A program made the position numbers and the translations under genes. Source: Minisyncoccota bacterium (GTDB lineage: Bacteria; Patescibacteriota; Minisyncoccia; Phycocordibacterales; UBA5272). From it: DNA of 64,000 bases. The notes below the pieces were generated by a model. It saw only the letters and a list, made by a program, of their open reading frames with translations. It was not told the origin of the DNA and made no database searches. Position 1 is the stretch's first letter; each line of letters opens with the position of its first letter. Location of the stretch: contig JBAZJW010000003.1 of the NCBI GenBank assembly GCA_041651055.1, forward strand, positions 18,089 to 82,088. The letters are read 5' to 3'. Shown in pieces: positions 10,566-20,058 of this stretch.

Positions 10566-10863
10566 TTTCTTTTACAATAAGTGAATCATCTATTGTTATA
10601 TCCGAGGCAATAATTGAATTATTCCCAATCCTTTCAACTGATACTCCCGAGATATCAACTGGTAGATTCAATTTAAGGTCTTTTACAGTTGTTAAATTTA
10701 CTGTAGCTGAGATCAGTGGTCTCTTGAACATGGAATCATCTATGTTGAATTCCAGAGCAATAGCAATCTCATCTCTTTTCAAATTGCTTGGAATGCTCTT
10801 TCCAGTTGTCAATATACGTGCATGTCCCTTACTATCAAGGATCATATACTTCTTAATTTTCAT
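10540..10863 (-). CDS. Hypothetical protein
   Basis: 107 aa ORF tightly packed in the minus-strand operon. Confidence 0.6.
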   Translation of the reverse strand: MKIKKYMILDSKGHARILTTGKSIPSNLKRDEIAIALEFNIDDSMFKRPLISATVNLTTVKDLKLNLPVDISGVSVERIGNNSIIASDITIDDSLIVKENEPKNSII

Positions 10864-11075
10864 TTTATCTTAGTTAAGTTAACGTCATCTATTGAGACAA
10901 GTAATGAGATCCTATTTGATGAGTTCCATAACTTCCTCAACCAATCTCTCTGCCTAATAGCATCATCCAATGTAGGATACCAATTAGAATTTAAACGCCC
11001 ATCTAATGATATCCATTGAACACAGAAAGGTAGATTGCCTTTACCTTCTTCCACATTAAGTTCATATTTAGCCAT
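10860..11075 (-). CDS. Hypothetical protein, paralog of 10039..10296
   Basis: Shares VQWISLDGRLNS-W-PTL--A--QRDWLR-LW. Confidence 0.7.
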   Translation of the reverse strand: MAKYELNVEEGKGNLPFCVQWISLDGRLNSNWYPTLDDAIRQRDWLRKLWNSSNRISLLVSIDDVNLTKIK

Positions 11076-11077
11076 TT

Positions 11078-11344
11078 TTATCTATACATCTGTTCAAACA
11101 TTTCTTCATCAAGAAAACATTTTCCTTCAAGGAATATCTCTAAATTATCTCTTAATTGCTTAACTGCATCTAGTCTATCAATAGGTTTACCACAGCAATT
11201 ACACACCACTTCATTCATACTGCATTCATCACATATTGTTTGTCTGATGTGTCCTTTTGATTTACTATTACACATACTGCAAACAAATTCATGTGATGTA
11301 CTGAATCTTGCACCAACACATCCGCATTCTAGTGTAAATTCCAT
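11078..11344 (-). CDS. Cys-rich zinc-finger protein
   Basis: CGC, CSMC, CDEC, CNCC motifs. Confidence 0.6.
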   Translation of the reverse strand: MEFTLECGCVGARFSTSHEFVCSMCNSKSKGHIRQTICDECSMNEVVCNCCGKPIDRLDAVKQLRDNLEIFLEGKCFLDEEMFEQMYR

Positions 11345-11364
11345 CTTGTGTTTTTAATTGATTA

Positions 11365-11574
11365 TTATTTCCATTTATGTAAACCACACAATAGTTCAGT
11401 AAAGGAGCCTTCTTTGAATATCCACATAACTGCCTTAACACTGAATAATTCACCATCAATCATAATTGAATCACCAATTCTTGGAATATCGTTCAATGAA
11501 TGTTCCTCTGGTTCTCTAAGTCCTTCTGGATAGAATGCAAACGTAACTTTCATCTTATAATTCAACATGATCAT
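11365..11574 (-). CDS. Hypothetical protein
   Basis: IPRIGDSIMIDGELFSVKAVMW small beta-barrel-like pattern. Confidence 0.55.
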   Translation of the reverse strand: MIMLNYKMKVTFAFYPEGLREPEEHSLNDIPRIGDSIMIDGELFSVKAVMWIFKEGSFTELLCGLHKWK

Positions 11575-11776
11575 CTATTTGGTCGGGTATGTTGTCCTCA
11601 ACTGAGTCCTCATGTATGTAGCTTCTTAGATTGGCTCGTTGTTGTAGGATAGCATGGCACATAGGACATTCGCCATTTGGTGGAATGGTCCTATTGTGTA
11701 TGTAACACATGTTCTTATATGCCATGCTTTCTCCTCTTATATCTTTCCTTCTTTCTTGGCAGTGCACAATGGACAA
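11555..11776 (-). CDS. Small Cys/His protein (start uncertain)
   Basis: CYIH...CPMC. Confidence 0.45.
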   Translation of the reverse strand: MSIVHCQERRKDIRGESMAYKNMCYIHNRTIPPNGECPMCHAILQQRANLRSYIHEDSVEDNIPDQIDDHVEL

Positions 11777-12071
11777 AGCTGCTCTACTTCATATCTGCTC
11801 TTCTTCCCTTTGTTCTTAAAGGTCATCTCCTCTCCACACTCCTTACAGAGTGCTTTCCTTGGTTGAGTCACTGGCATTTTAATGGTTTAATATTTTTAAT
11901 GATTTAATATTAACCCAGGAATGCCTTCCTTCATTGATACAAGGCTTCTTAGTCCTGGACCTATAATACTTCTTTGCTCCGCACTTAGTACAAATAAGTA
12001 CAATATTATTATTTGACATTTGTGTTACAGATTTAATTAGGAATGATAGTATATATACTGTTGGTTTGTTA

Positions 12072-12308
12072 TTAGTATATTCCTTTCGCTCTTCTTCGAT
12101 CTCTCTCTATTCTATGGACAACTGCAAATTTAGCATTTAACTTCTCAAGCTCTCTTTCCAGCCTTAATTTGTATGTTATAAGCCCAAGGTCGGAGCAGTG
12201 TTCAAGTATCATATTGTATTCACGAGTTAACCTGGATATATCTTCCCCTGGTACAGTATGAGATCCTTCGCATCCATACTCATCTATATAATCATTTGTG
12301 TCTTTCAT
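12072..12308 (-). CDS. Hypothetical protein
   Basis: ORF co-oriented downstream of the resolvase. Confidence 0.55.
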   Translation of the reverse strand: MKDTNDYIDEYGCEGSHTVPGEDISRLTREYNMILEHCSDLGLITYKLRLERELEKLNAKFAVVHRIERDRRRAKGIY

Positions 12309-12318
12309 TTTAAATCAA

Positions 12319-12807
12319 TTAGTATATTCCAAAGAACCCTTCCATGTTCCAATCCGTACCAATCCTTGGAATCTCATAAGAAACACTTTTGATGACCTCC
12401 CAGGAGACTTCCGGCTTGCAGGAGGAAGCATACATAGATAGGAAGTCGCTTATTTTAGTGGCATAGGCTTTGAAATGGTGAGGCACTCTCCGGTCATTGA
12501 ATATGAAGTAGGATTTCACCCCTGCCTTAGATGATTCAGTAAGGGCTGCTATCTGGTGTGGTTTGATGTTGGCCCAAGGGAAGTTGTCTTTCTTGCATGA
12601 CTTCAACTCAAGGAAATAGATATCTCCCCTGAATACGACCAGGTAATCACATGGCTGCTCAATGCAACAAAGCTTCTCAGACGCTCTTCTAAATGATTTA
12701 GTATCATATAAGCGGTGTTTATAGAATCCTTTTACCTTGGATGATAGCCTGATCAATTCTTGATTCACTTCTCGCTCAAACTCATAACCATGATTGTTAT
12801 TGACCAC
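12319..12807 (-). CDS. recU: Holliday junction resolvase, RecU-like PD-(D/E)XK nuclease
   Basis: GYEFE...QPCDYLVVFRGDIYFLELKS...FPWANIKPHQIAAL matches the RecU pattern. Confidence 0.75.
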   Translation of the reverse strand: MVNNNHGYEFEREVNQELIRLSSKVKGFYKHRLYDTKSFRRASEKLCCIEQPCDYLVVFRGDIYFLELKSCKKDNFPWANIKPHQIAALTESSKAGVKSYFIFNDRRVPHHFKAYATKISDFLSMYASSCKPEVSWEVIKSVSYEIPRIGTDWNMEGFFGIY

Positions 12808-12813
12808 TTTGAA

Positions 12814-13650
12814 TCAAATACCATTACATGATCCTCTGTAAGCGCAGTAAACACATAGCATATTCTCAGATTGGCATGGTAGAATCTCACCTGCCTTCAC
12901 TTTATCAAGCATCTCAACAGTCTTATCAAGATTCTCCATGAATAACCTTCTACCTTTCTCCTTATCAGAACCACTTATCTTAACGGAAACAGGCTTCTCA
13001 TCTCCAAAGAAAACAAGATACCAATCCCTATCAGATCCAAGACCATTATTAGACAACAACCACTCATATCCAGCAAGTTGAGTAATATAATCAGAAGACA
13101 CTTTCTTCTTACCAGTCTTCCAATCAACCTGCTTCAAATCATCAAAGTAGTCCAGTTGACCTGAAAAAGTATACCCCTTGTAGACAAAATAGAACCTCTT
13201 CTCAAGGATACCCTTAGAAAAGTCCATGGGGGTGTCATCAAGCCACATCCTTGCCTTAACTATGTGCTGTGTGGCCTTATCCCTTGCTTCCAGGAATACT
13301 GTTTCAGGTATTCCATCCGAATGTTCTTTAAGCAGTCCTTTTAAAGATCCATCCTCCACTTTTCCTTTAGTGAGCAATTGTTCTATCGCGGAATGAGCAG
13401 TAGTTCCTATCAGGCCCCTTATATGTTGAGGTGCTTTCTCTATCTTGAAATCAGTGGTATTAGACAGATAAGTGTACTGTAGTTTTCTACCACACTTACC
13501 AATTTCAGTAATGTGGATAAAGACTTCCGATCCAATTGACTCTGTGTTTGGTTGTTCATTCTTTTGTTCAATTGAACCTGTTTGTTCAATAGAATTTTCA
13601 GTCAATTCTTCAATAAGTTTTCCAATTGATTGTTTAGTTTCTTCTTCCAT
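12814..13650 (-). CDS. Cas4-like / RecB-family PD-(D/E)XK exonuclease
   Basis: ITEIGKCGRK, GTTAH, SGQLD...DWKTG, QLAGY, C-terminal C..LCVYCAYRGSC Fe-S cysteines. Confidence 0.8.
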   Translation of the reverse strand: MEEETKQSIGKLIEELTENSIEQTGSIEQKNEQPNTESIGSEVFIHITEIGKCGRKLQYTYLSNTTDFKIEKAPQHIRGLIGTTAHSAIEQLLTKGKVEDGSLKGLLKEHSDGIPETVFLEARDKATQHIVKARMWLDDTPMDFSKGILEKRFYFVYKGYTFSGQLDYFDDLKQVDWKTGKKKVSSDYITQLAGYEWLLSNNGLGSDRDWYLVFFGDEKPVSVKISGSDKEKGRRLFMENLDKTVEMLDKVKAGEILPCQSENMLCVYCAYRGSCNGI

Positions 13651-13652
13651 TC

Positions 13653-14258
13653 TTATTCCTCAGATTCATCCAGTTGCTCTTCCGCTTTATTATTTGAAAA
13701 GAAGTCAGCTTCTTCCATTGCTTTCCTAATAGCAGAAGGTTCCTTGTTATCAGTATCGTCAATTATTTGATTTGTGAACTCTAGTATCTGTTCTTCCTTT
13801 GATTTAAGGAGCTTATTCTGACAGTTTTCTATTGCTTTCTTGAAGTATTCTTCCTCCGCATGTTCTGCCTCATTCCTTGCAGCCCTTAGAGATATGATCA
13901 AATTGGTTGTTTCCCTCTCTATCTCACGATATTCCTTCTTTAAGCTTGTTGAGTTGTTCTTTATCGATATTAATTTAGAGATGGCTGAGTCTATCTTATC
14001 TAATGACTCATCATTATATGTTATCTTTTTCCTCATTGACGAAGCATAGTCAATGAATTCTGACTGTATTACCTTCTTCCTGAACTCCATAGCCTTTGAG
14101 ATATCTCCATTGAATAAACGCACCGCGTTTTCTTCAAGGACCATTGACACAATCTCTCCTTTGTTCGGCAATTGGTTCAATGCTTCTATCATTTGTTGTG
14201 GTAGACTTATACTTGTCCCAATTCTCCTCATAGCTTCGTCTTTAACTATTTTCGGCAT
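13653..14258 (-). CDS. Putative ribbon-helix-helix DNA-binding protein with coiled coil
   Basis: TSISLPQQMIEALNQLPNKGEIVSMVL RHH-like N-terminus; charged helical remainder. Confidence 0.45.
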   Translation of the reverse strand: MPKIVKDEAMRRIGTSISLPQQMIEALNQLPNKGEIVSMVLEENAVRLFNGDISKAMEFRKKVIQSEFIDYASSMRKKITYNDESLDKIDSAISKLISIKNNSTSLKKEYREIERETTNLIISLRAARNEAEHAEEEYFKKAIENCQNKLLKSKEEQILEFTNQIIDDTDNKEPSAIRKAMEEADFFSNNKAEEQLDESEE

Positions 14259-14290
14259 AATTATTCACCTATTCTATTTTTATTATTTGA

Positions 14291-14482
14291 TTACCACTCA
14301 ATGTCTCCTTTACTGAAAGATATTGCTGCAAAGATCATACATACAGAACACCAAATACTTACAATAATCCATTCATTTGCAAAGATGTGAAATATAGCTA
14401 GAAGAATACTAAAACTCCATAAACCAAGGAATATTATTCTATTTATTATTGTTGTTCTTTGATCTTTGACAATCTTTGGCAT
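14291..14482 (-). CDS. Small membrane protein
   Basis: Two hydrophobic helices; starts MPKIVKD like the downstream gene. Confidence 0.5.
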   Translation of the reverse strand: MPKIVKDQRTTIINRIIFLGLWSFSILLAIFHIFANEWIIVSIWCSVCMIFAAISFSKGDIEW

Positions 14483-14601
14483 TTTCTTTTATCAATTAGT
14501 ATTCTAAGTCTTCAGATTCCTGATCCATTGCTTGTTCTGATTCAGGTAATTGAGAATCAAAGGACTTGTATAAAAGAGCTTCCTCAGCTTCCAGGTCAAT
14601 A

Positions 14602-14871
14602 TCAATGTTGGAGTATTAGGGGATCCACCATATATTCAATGACCATAACAGTACCCCCACAGCAGGTGCAATACTTGACCACGCGGGGATCACCAGATAG
14701 GACAGATACCTCTATCCAGCGTATGATGTTGGGCTCCAGGCAGTTGCATCTTTTTCCGAATTTATCCATTCTTTTAAGCTTGGAATAGATGGCGTTGTCT
14801 AATTTCTTCTTACAGTTTAGGAGTTTGTCTATGTCAGGAGCCTGCTCAATCAAAGAATCAATAAATTCCAT
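14602..14871 (-). CDS. Hypothetical Cys-containing protein
   Basis: CNC...YCTCCGG; TATA-like TATTTATAC upstream (~14932-14941). Confidence 0.55.
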   Translation of the reverse strand: MEFIDSLIEQAPDIDKLLNCKKKLDNAIYSKLKRMDKFGKRCNCLEPNIIRWIEVSVLSGDPRVVKYCTCCGGTVMVIEYMVDPLILQH

Positions 14872-14969
14872 TGTGTGTTTAATTTAATAATTATCAACTA
14901 CTTTTTGTCTTATTATTTATTAGATAACCAAGTATAAATACTGGAAATTGCTGGAGCTGGGCAGAAAAT

Positions 14970-15040
14970 AGGAGGATTATTAATTATAAATAATTAAAAA
15001 TAGAATTATTTTTTAAATCTAATAGGATTTTTAATTATTA
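14970..15040. repeat. Dispersed AT-rich element, copy 1 (copy 2 at 48162-48232)
   Basis: Identical TTATAAATAATTAAAAATAGAAT (14984/48176) and TCTAATAGGATT 34 bp downstream in both copies. Confidence 0.75.
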
Positions 15041-15069
15041 ATAAAAAATAAAACCTTCTATTTTCTTAG

Positions 15070-16236
15070 TTAAAAGGTGTATTTAGCTGATTGTACTCTT
15101 GGTTTTGCCACCACAACTCCATTAATATCCATGAGTAATTGTTCCTTGACTGCTAACTTGATCCAGAGTGAGTTGATTCGTGGTTTACTCATCTGATAGT
15201 ATTTCTCAAAGAAGAAAAATAAATCCTCTTTGGTCATGGGGTTGGGCTCATTCAATACTACTTGATACATGGCTTCCTTCTCAGGATCATCCCGCAGTAT
15301 CATCCTATTCTTGCATTCATCTCTCAATAGGGCTTTGAGTGTGTCGTCTACTATGATGTCAGGGAAAGTGCCATTGGCTGCAGCATAACCTACTGCGATC
15401 CTCTTATACAATGATTCTTCAAAGTGTGGGACTGCCATTGTTGTGTCTATGAGCTTCTCTACCTCTGAGACATCTATCTTATCAATCAATTTAGCCAGTT
15501 CATATAACTCAGCCACTTCAGCAGCCACTTCGTTCTTAACGCATTCAGAGATGGGGCGTTTCATCCTTGGGTCTCTGCCAGCTTTCTTCAATTGGATTGC
15601 TATTGTTGGAGTAGGGAATATGATTTGAATGACAAAACGCCTCAATAAACCTGATGCAGTGTCCATATTGGTTAAGCGTAGACCAGGCCATATAGTAGTT
15701 CCTATCATGGTCTCTGTGATTTCTCCAGAGCATAGATCTTTGGTTGCGGTGTCTCCGTCCAATGCTGATAGGAGATACACTTCTTCATTTGTTGAGATAG
15801 CGTTCTCGGCAAGGAGTTTGAGACGCATAAACTCGTCTGCTCCAACCATCCCTCTCTTGAATCTGCTGAAGACTCCCTTGGTTGTGATGAGTTCTCCGTC
15901 CTTGCCTGTCTTCTTGTTTGAGATGGTGCCAAGCCAGCATTCAGCTGAGAATGTGGAGCGGACTGAGACAGGGAATGTAGTGTTAGAGGAGAGGATTCCA
16001 TTGGGGCCAAGGTAGAAATTAATAGTTTGAGACTTGGTGAATCCAGAAGGAGCCATAATGCCTTCGTGTAATCGGTAATTCTCCCTGCGACCAGCGTGAT
16101 AATGGCGGTCAGTATCCAAGTTGGCAAGGTTGATAACATGGGATGCTATGGATGCACAGGCTCGCTCAGTAAGGAAGGGGAATTGGATCAAGCCCATGTT
16201 CTCGTTCTCCTGCTTAACGATTGATAATAAAGACAT
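15070..16236 (-). CDS. Divergent MCM-like AAA+ helicase
   Basis: Walker A-like GIMAPSGFTKSQ, MCM-like TTKGVFSRFKRGMVGADEF Walker B, sensor/Arg-finger-like GLLRRF. Confidence 0.55.
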   Translation of the reverse strand: MSLLSIVKQENENMGLIQFPFLTERACASIASHVINLANLDTDRHYHAGRRENYRLHEGIMAPSGFTKSQTINFYLGPNGILSSNTTFPVSVRSTFSAECWLGTISNKKTGKDGELITTKGVFSRFKRGMVGADEFMRLKLLAENAISTNEEVYLLSALDGDTATKDLCSGEITETMIGTTIWPGLRLTNMDTASGLLRRFVIQIIFPTPTIAIQLKKAGRDPRMKRPISECVKNEVAAEVAELYELAKLIDKIDVSEVEKLIDTTMAVPHFEESLYKRIAVGYAAANGTFPDIIVDDTLKALLRDECKNRMILRDDPEKEAMYQVVLNEPNPMTKEDLFFFFEKYYQMSKPRINSLWIKLAVKEQLLMDINGVVVAKPRVQSAKYTF

Positions 16237-16237
16237 C

Positions 16238-16483
16238 TTAGCCGCCTCCCTGCTTATCTTCCATCATTGAATCATTGAGAAAGATCTTGTTTGTAGTGGT
16301 CTTCTGATAGATTATCTTGGAATTCCTTCTAATCAATAAGTCAGATATGTCCTGTCTAAGCTGTTGGATGTCCTCTGCGTTCCCTTTGAAGACCACTCCA
16401 TAGTTCACCAATAAAGGCATAATTGATGGAGTAGATTCTTTCTTGTCGGTTGATTCAGGTCTTTTCATTTTGTAGTTTATCAT
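16238..16483 (-). CDS. Hypothetical protein
   Basis: Packed in the replication operon. Confidence 0.55.
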   Translation of the reverse strand: MINYKMKRPESTDKKESTPSIMPLLVNYGVVFKGNAEDIQQLRQDISDLLIRRNSKIIYQKTTTNKIFLNDSMMEDKQGGG

Positions 16484-16841
16484 TAGATTTGATTGGGACC
16501 ATTATATAGATACGTTTACCTCTCTTGCAGATATCATAAGGAAAGACACCATGCTTCTTTAACACTAATATTCTGCTCACAATAGCCCTATGATCCATAT
16601 CATTTGAATCATAGAACGCTCTTCTCACAATGTGTTTGACTCCAAGAATCCTTAATCTATCATGTATGGTAGTGATTGATAAGACTTGGAATCCTTCTTC
16701 GAATAGGAATTCAACTGTTTCAAGGACCAATTCGGTGAATTGATCCAATGAAATAGTCTCCAATGAGGTCAAAGAAGAGAGGGGCTTCTTTGACTGTATC
16801 CTCAGTTGGGAGTGTTCCTTATACTTTGTCAACTGTTCCAT
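16455..16841 (-). CDS. Hypothetical protein (possible winged helix)
   Basis: Packed in the replication operon; overlaps both neighbours. Confidence 0.5.
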   Translation of the reverse strand: MEQLTKYKEHSQLRIQSKKPLSSLTSLETISLDQFTELVLETVEFLFEEGFQVLSITTIHDRLRILGVKHIVRRAFYDSNDMDHRAIVSRILVLKKHGVFPYDICKRGKRIYIMVPIKSNDKLQNEKT

Positions 16842-17799
16842 TTGTCTTTCCTTCTGCTATGGCTTTGGAATTGTTTATCCTGTGCTCCTCATTCATGTTC
16901 AATACGAAGTCGTCCCTTATCTGGGAGTAGAGACCGACAAATTCTGTTGTAGATTTATCATTGCCTGTTCCTGGAGTGGTCTTTGATATTGTGTATTTGC
17001 GCCCTTCCAGTTCAGGGCTGCCTCTTGTCTTCTCCAATAGGGCGATTCGTTTGATGGTCCCGTACTCGTCTATTCTTTTGATGATGAAGCGGTAGCTAAT
17101 GTAATCTGGGAAGGTCTTGTACCAGATAGGGACATCTTCTTTCACTATCTCCCTCTTCTCATTTACCTTGTCTTCAGTGTGTGTAGTAACGATCATATCT
17201 AGTCCATTGTCACGGGCATAGAAGTATATGAGTTCAAAGGCTTCGATTATGTAATCGTTACGGAGATTCCAATCTTCTGCACTCACTTTAATAGTGTCGT
17301 CTTCCTTCTTGCCGAAGTATTTGATCTTTTCCAATGGGATGTTCTTGGCTTGGAGCATCATCTTGAAAGAGCGTTGTTTGAGACGGTCAACTCCTTCGAA
17401 GGCCAGGAGACCGAATTGGCCTTTGTTTACTTCAAGTGTCTTCTTGACTGCGGACATTCCTATCTTCAAGCCTCTGCGATAATCGTCTCCGCAGGTGGTT
17501 CCTGAGACCACTATGAATCTATCGCGCAAGTGTGGATAGTGTGTTGAGATGATTTTGTTGATGCTTCCATCCATGTCAAATACGAGACACTTTTTGTCTT
17601 TGGGAAGATTGGAGGCAAAGTCACATATGATGCTGCTCTTACAGGTGGAGTCTTTGCCGCACAATGCTATCACATTGGGGTCCATCACTGTGAAGGCTTC
17701 ATCTATCTCGGCTTCTGAGATGTCATTTACTATTTCATCTTTTTTCTTGGTTCCATTCCAGGAACTTATATCAAATGTTTTACCTGCCATTTTGTTCAC
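16819..17799 (-). CDS. RecA-superfamily / Sak4-like (AAA_24) ATPase
   Basis: VIALCGKDSTCKSS P-loop, LVFDMD, LLAFEGVD Walker B, IVTTH, LEKTRG. Confidence 0.7.
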   Translation of the reverse strand: MNKMAGKTFDISSWNGTKKKDEIVNDISEAEIDEAFTVMDPNVIALCGKDSTCKSSIICDFASNLPKDKKCLVFDMDGSINKIISTHYPHLRDRFIVVSGTTCGDDYRRGLKIGMSAVKKTLEVNKGQFGLLAFEGVDRLKQRSFKMMLQAKNIPLEKIKYFGKKEDDTIKVSAEDWNLRNDYIIEAFELIYFYARDNGLDMIVTTHTEDKVNEKREIVKEDVPIWYKTFPDYISYRFIIKRIDEYGTIKRIALLEKTRGSPELEGRKYTISKTTPGTGNDKSTTEFVGLYSQIRDDFVLNMNEEHRINNSKAIAEGKTNGTVDKV

Positions 17800-17973
17800 A
17801 TACTTTCACTTACGTCTTTAGCTATTGCCATCATGTCTATCATAACTGCTTTCATTCCATCCATAAATTCCTTATATTCTGTTGGATTGGTCTTTCTCAG
17901 TATCACTAATTTCTCAAGGAAATCAGTATTGCTCATATCAATGCTTGCCATTTTCTTTAATTACAAATTATCT

Positions 17974-18162
17974 TTAGTTTTTTGATTGATGTTCCACTCT
18001 TATATAATATTTGGATAAGGAGTGATGCTTTAGACAATTCTTACAGGTGCAGCGATCATACTTATAGGTTAATTTGGATTTGGTATCATCTTCCAAATCA
18101 AGTCCGCATAAGGTTTCCTGCTTGTCTGAATTGTATAAGTGGATACGAAAAGGTCTTGGCAT
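17974..18162 (-). CDS. Small Zn-finger protein
   Basis: H...LCG...CTCKNC. Confidence 0.55.
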   Translation of the reverse strand: MPRPFRIHLYNSDKQETLCGLDLEDDTKSKLTYKYDRCTCKNCLKHHSLSKYYIRVEHQSKN

Positions 18163-18235
18163 CTTGCTCTCCTTTTAATTGATAAGAAAAACATTGGAGA
18201 AGCGGAAGTTGTCTTCTCCAATGAGGGGGAATTGC

Positions 18236-18997
18236 TTAGATAACTGCTCGCGCATTTATCTGAGTTTTTCCGCCCTTGTCCTGGTTCACATATCCGAAGA
18301 CAGTGATCTTCTTTCCTTTTGCCGTCTTGTCTGTCTCAGGTCCGTTCACATATACTGTGACTGGGATCCCTTTTATGGAGACAAGTTCAAGTCCGTGTCC
18401 GCCATCATACTTGAAGACCCTTCCAACTATGCCAGTGAAGAACTCGCTCTTCTTCATGTAGTTGTCGGCTTCAGATATGTTGTGGACTCCTATCTTCTGG
18501 ACCAGCTGCTCGGTTGTCGGGAACGTGGCGGTGGACGCTTTGATTATGTCCTTGCCTTCTCCCAGCACTCGCAGCTTGGGCAGTTGATCACCGTTGCCTG
18601 CTACCAGCTTGGCTTTGCAGTCATACAGTTCTCCTTCAGATACTCCGTCCAATAGGGCTATGCGGTCATTGTAGAAGGATGCATCGTATAATACATCCTT
18701 TTCCAGTTTGCCGTCCACTCCTACAAAGGCATATACGCGGGCCACTGTGTAGGGCTCTTTGCCTTCTTTGGTTGGCTTCACAACTTGGGGGTCGCTTATT
18801 GATAGGACCCTCATTGTGATCTCTGCCACTCGTCCTCCGAATAGGTTTGCATTCTCTGACTTCCATAGACAGAATGCAGTCTCTTCGTCATATCCCTTTG
18901 TTACCATTTCAGCTATTGCTTTTTCAATATCAGCCAATGGTACCCCAGTTGTTGTTGAGGCTATTATTGCCTCCTTCTCTATGTTTTTGTCTTGCAT
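18236..18997 (-). CDS. OB-fold single-stranded DNA-binding protein (RPA-like)
   Basis: Two OB-like repeats (ITMRVLSI...DASFY...EGELY; FTGIVGRV...GKKITVFGYV); next to the ATPase. Confidence 0.6.
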   Translation of the reverse strand: MQDKNIEKEAIIASTTTGVPLADIEKAIAEMVTKGYDEETAFCLWKSENANLFGGRVAEITMRVLSISDPQVVKPTKEGKEPYTVARVYAFVGVDGKLEKDVLYDASFYNDRIALLDGVSEGELYDCKAKLVAGNGDQLPKLRVLGEGKDIIKASTATFPTTEQLVQKIGVHNISEADNYMKKSEFFTGIVGRVFKYDGGHGLELVSIKGIPVTVYVNGPETDKTAKGKKITVFGYVNQDKGGKTQINARAVI

Positions 18998-19035
18998 TTT
19001 CTTTTGTTCTACCTCACTCCCTCATGGGGAATGGG

Positions 19036-19455
19036 CTAATCTTTGGGATTAGTGTGAGTTTTATCTTCAGTTCTCTTTGATACTTCTTCTCTTGAGACTT
19101 GGAATAAAGGAATTCTGTTGTCGCATACAGGACAATATACACATGCTTCTTTGATCTTGTACTTGGTGTATTCCAGAGTCTCTTTGTCTATTACGCTTCT
19201 GATGTATGTAGTGATGCCAAGCCAGTTTTTAATCTCTTTTTTCTTGTATGTTGTATTTGCATCAGTCATCTCTTCTTTCTCTCTTTCTTTGTACATCAGG
19301 TCTTCTTTTGAGTAACTTGACACAAACCTACATTGAGGACAAGTTATATATCTTTCTCTTGTGTTTGCCATTTTCAGTTGATTATCGATGTTGTCTTTTG
19401 ATTGCGAATACTTGTCTTGTATAAGCAAGATATACCTTAGTGTTATTTTCTTCAA
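19036..19455 (-). CDS. Zinc-ribbon protein (true start may be internal)
   Basis: CPQC...CPVC. Confidence 0.55.
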   Translation of the reverse strand: MKKITLRYILLIQDKYSQSKDNIDNQLKMANTRERYITCPQCRFVSSYSKEDLMYKEREKEEMTDANTTYKKKEIKNWLGITTYIRSVIDKETLEYTKYKIKEACVYCPVCDNRIPLFQVSREEVSKRTEDKTHTNPKD

Positions 19456-19693
19456 TTACATGTGCGTGTTCAGTTCCCAATGCCACATGATTTCCTTTGT
19501 GTCCATGATCCATTGTGCAGTGATATGCTTTGTAAATTGATTGGTCTGATTCAAAGGCGAATTCAGTTGGAATATGTATGTAGTGGTCTTTGTCAACTAA
19601 TCGTTTTCCACAAGGAGTTGGACTTATCTCCACATCTGAGACAAGTTGACCAACCTTTAAGTAGTTCTGCCAGGGCGTGTCTTTAGCTTTCAT
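19382..19693 (-). CDS. Hypothetical protein
   Basis: CG...CTMDHGHKGNH motif. Confidence 0.5.
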   Translation of the reverse strand: MKAKDTPWQNYLKVGQLVSDVEISPTPCGKRLVDKDHYIHIPTEFAFESDQSIYKAYHCTMDHGHKGNHVALGTEHAHVIEENNTKVYLAYTRQVFAIKRQHR

Positions 19694-19899
19694 TCTTTGA
19701 TTTCTTTATCATGTATCTCTTTGACAATGGATTCAATCATAGTTATCAGTGTTTCCTTTCTTGTCTCATTTATAACACTATCCTTTATCACAGAGTATAC
19801 AATGGATAGAACAAAGGAGTCATTGATGTCTTCATCTATTCCTTTGTATTCTGCTTTGTCCATGAATTCCCTTACCATTGAACCAATCGTAGTTGTCAT
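19690..19899 (-). CDS. Hypothetical protein
   Basis: ATGA-coupled small ORF. Confidence 0.5.
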   Translation of the reverse strand: MTTTIGSMVREFMDKAEYKGIDEDINDSFVLSIVYSVIKDSVINETRKETLITMIESIVKEIHDKEIKE

Positions 19900-20058
19900 T
19901 TTATGTTTTTGAAACTGAGTCTATTAAATAGTGTATCCTCTTTGCAGCTTCTCTCTCTTCTTCTTTTGAATTGGAACATACTAATACATGATCTACAAGG
20001 CAGTTTAAGTCATCTAAATCCAATGTTATTTTGGTATCAATTATCTTTGGCATTTTAT

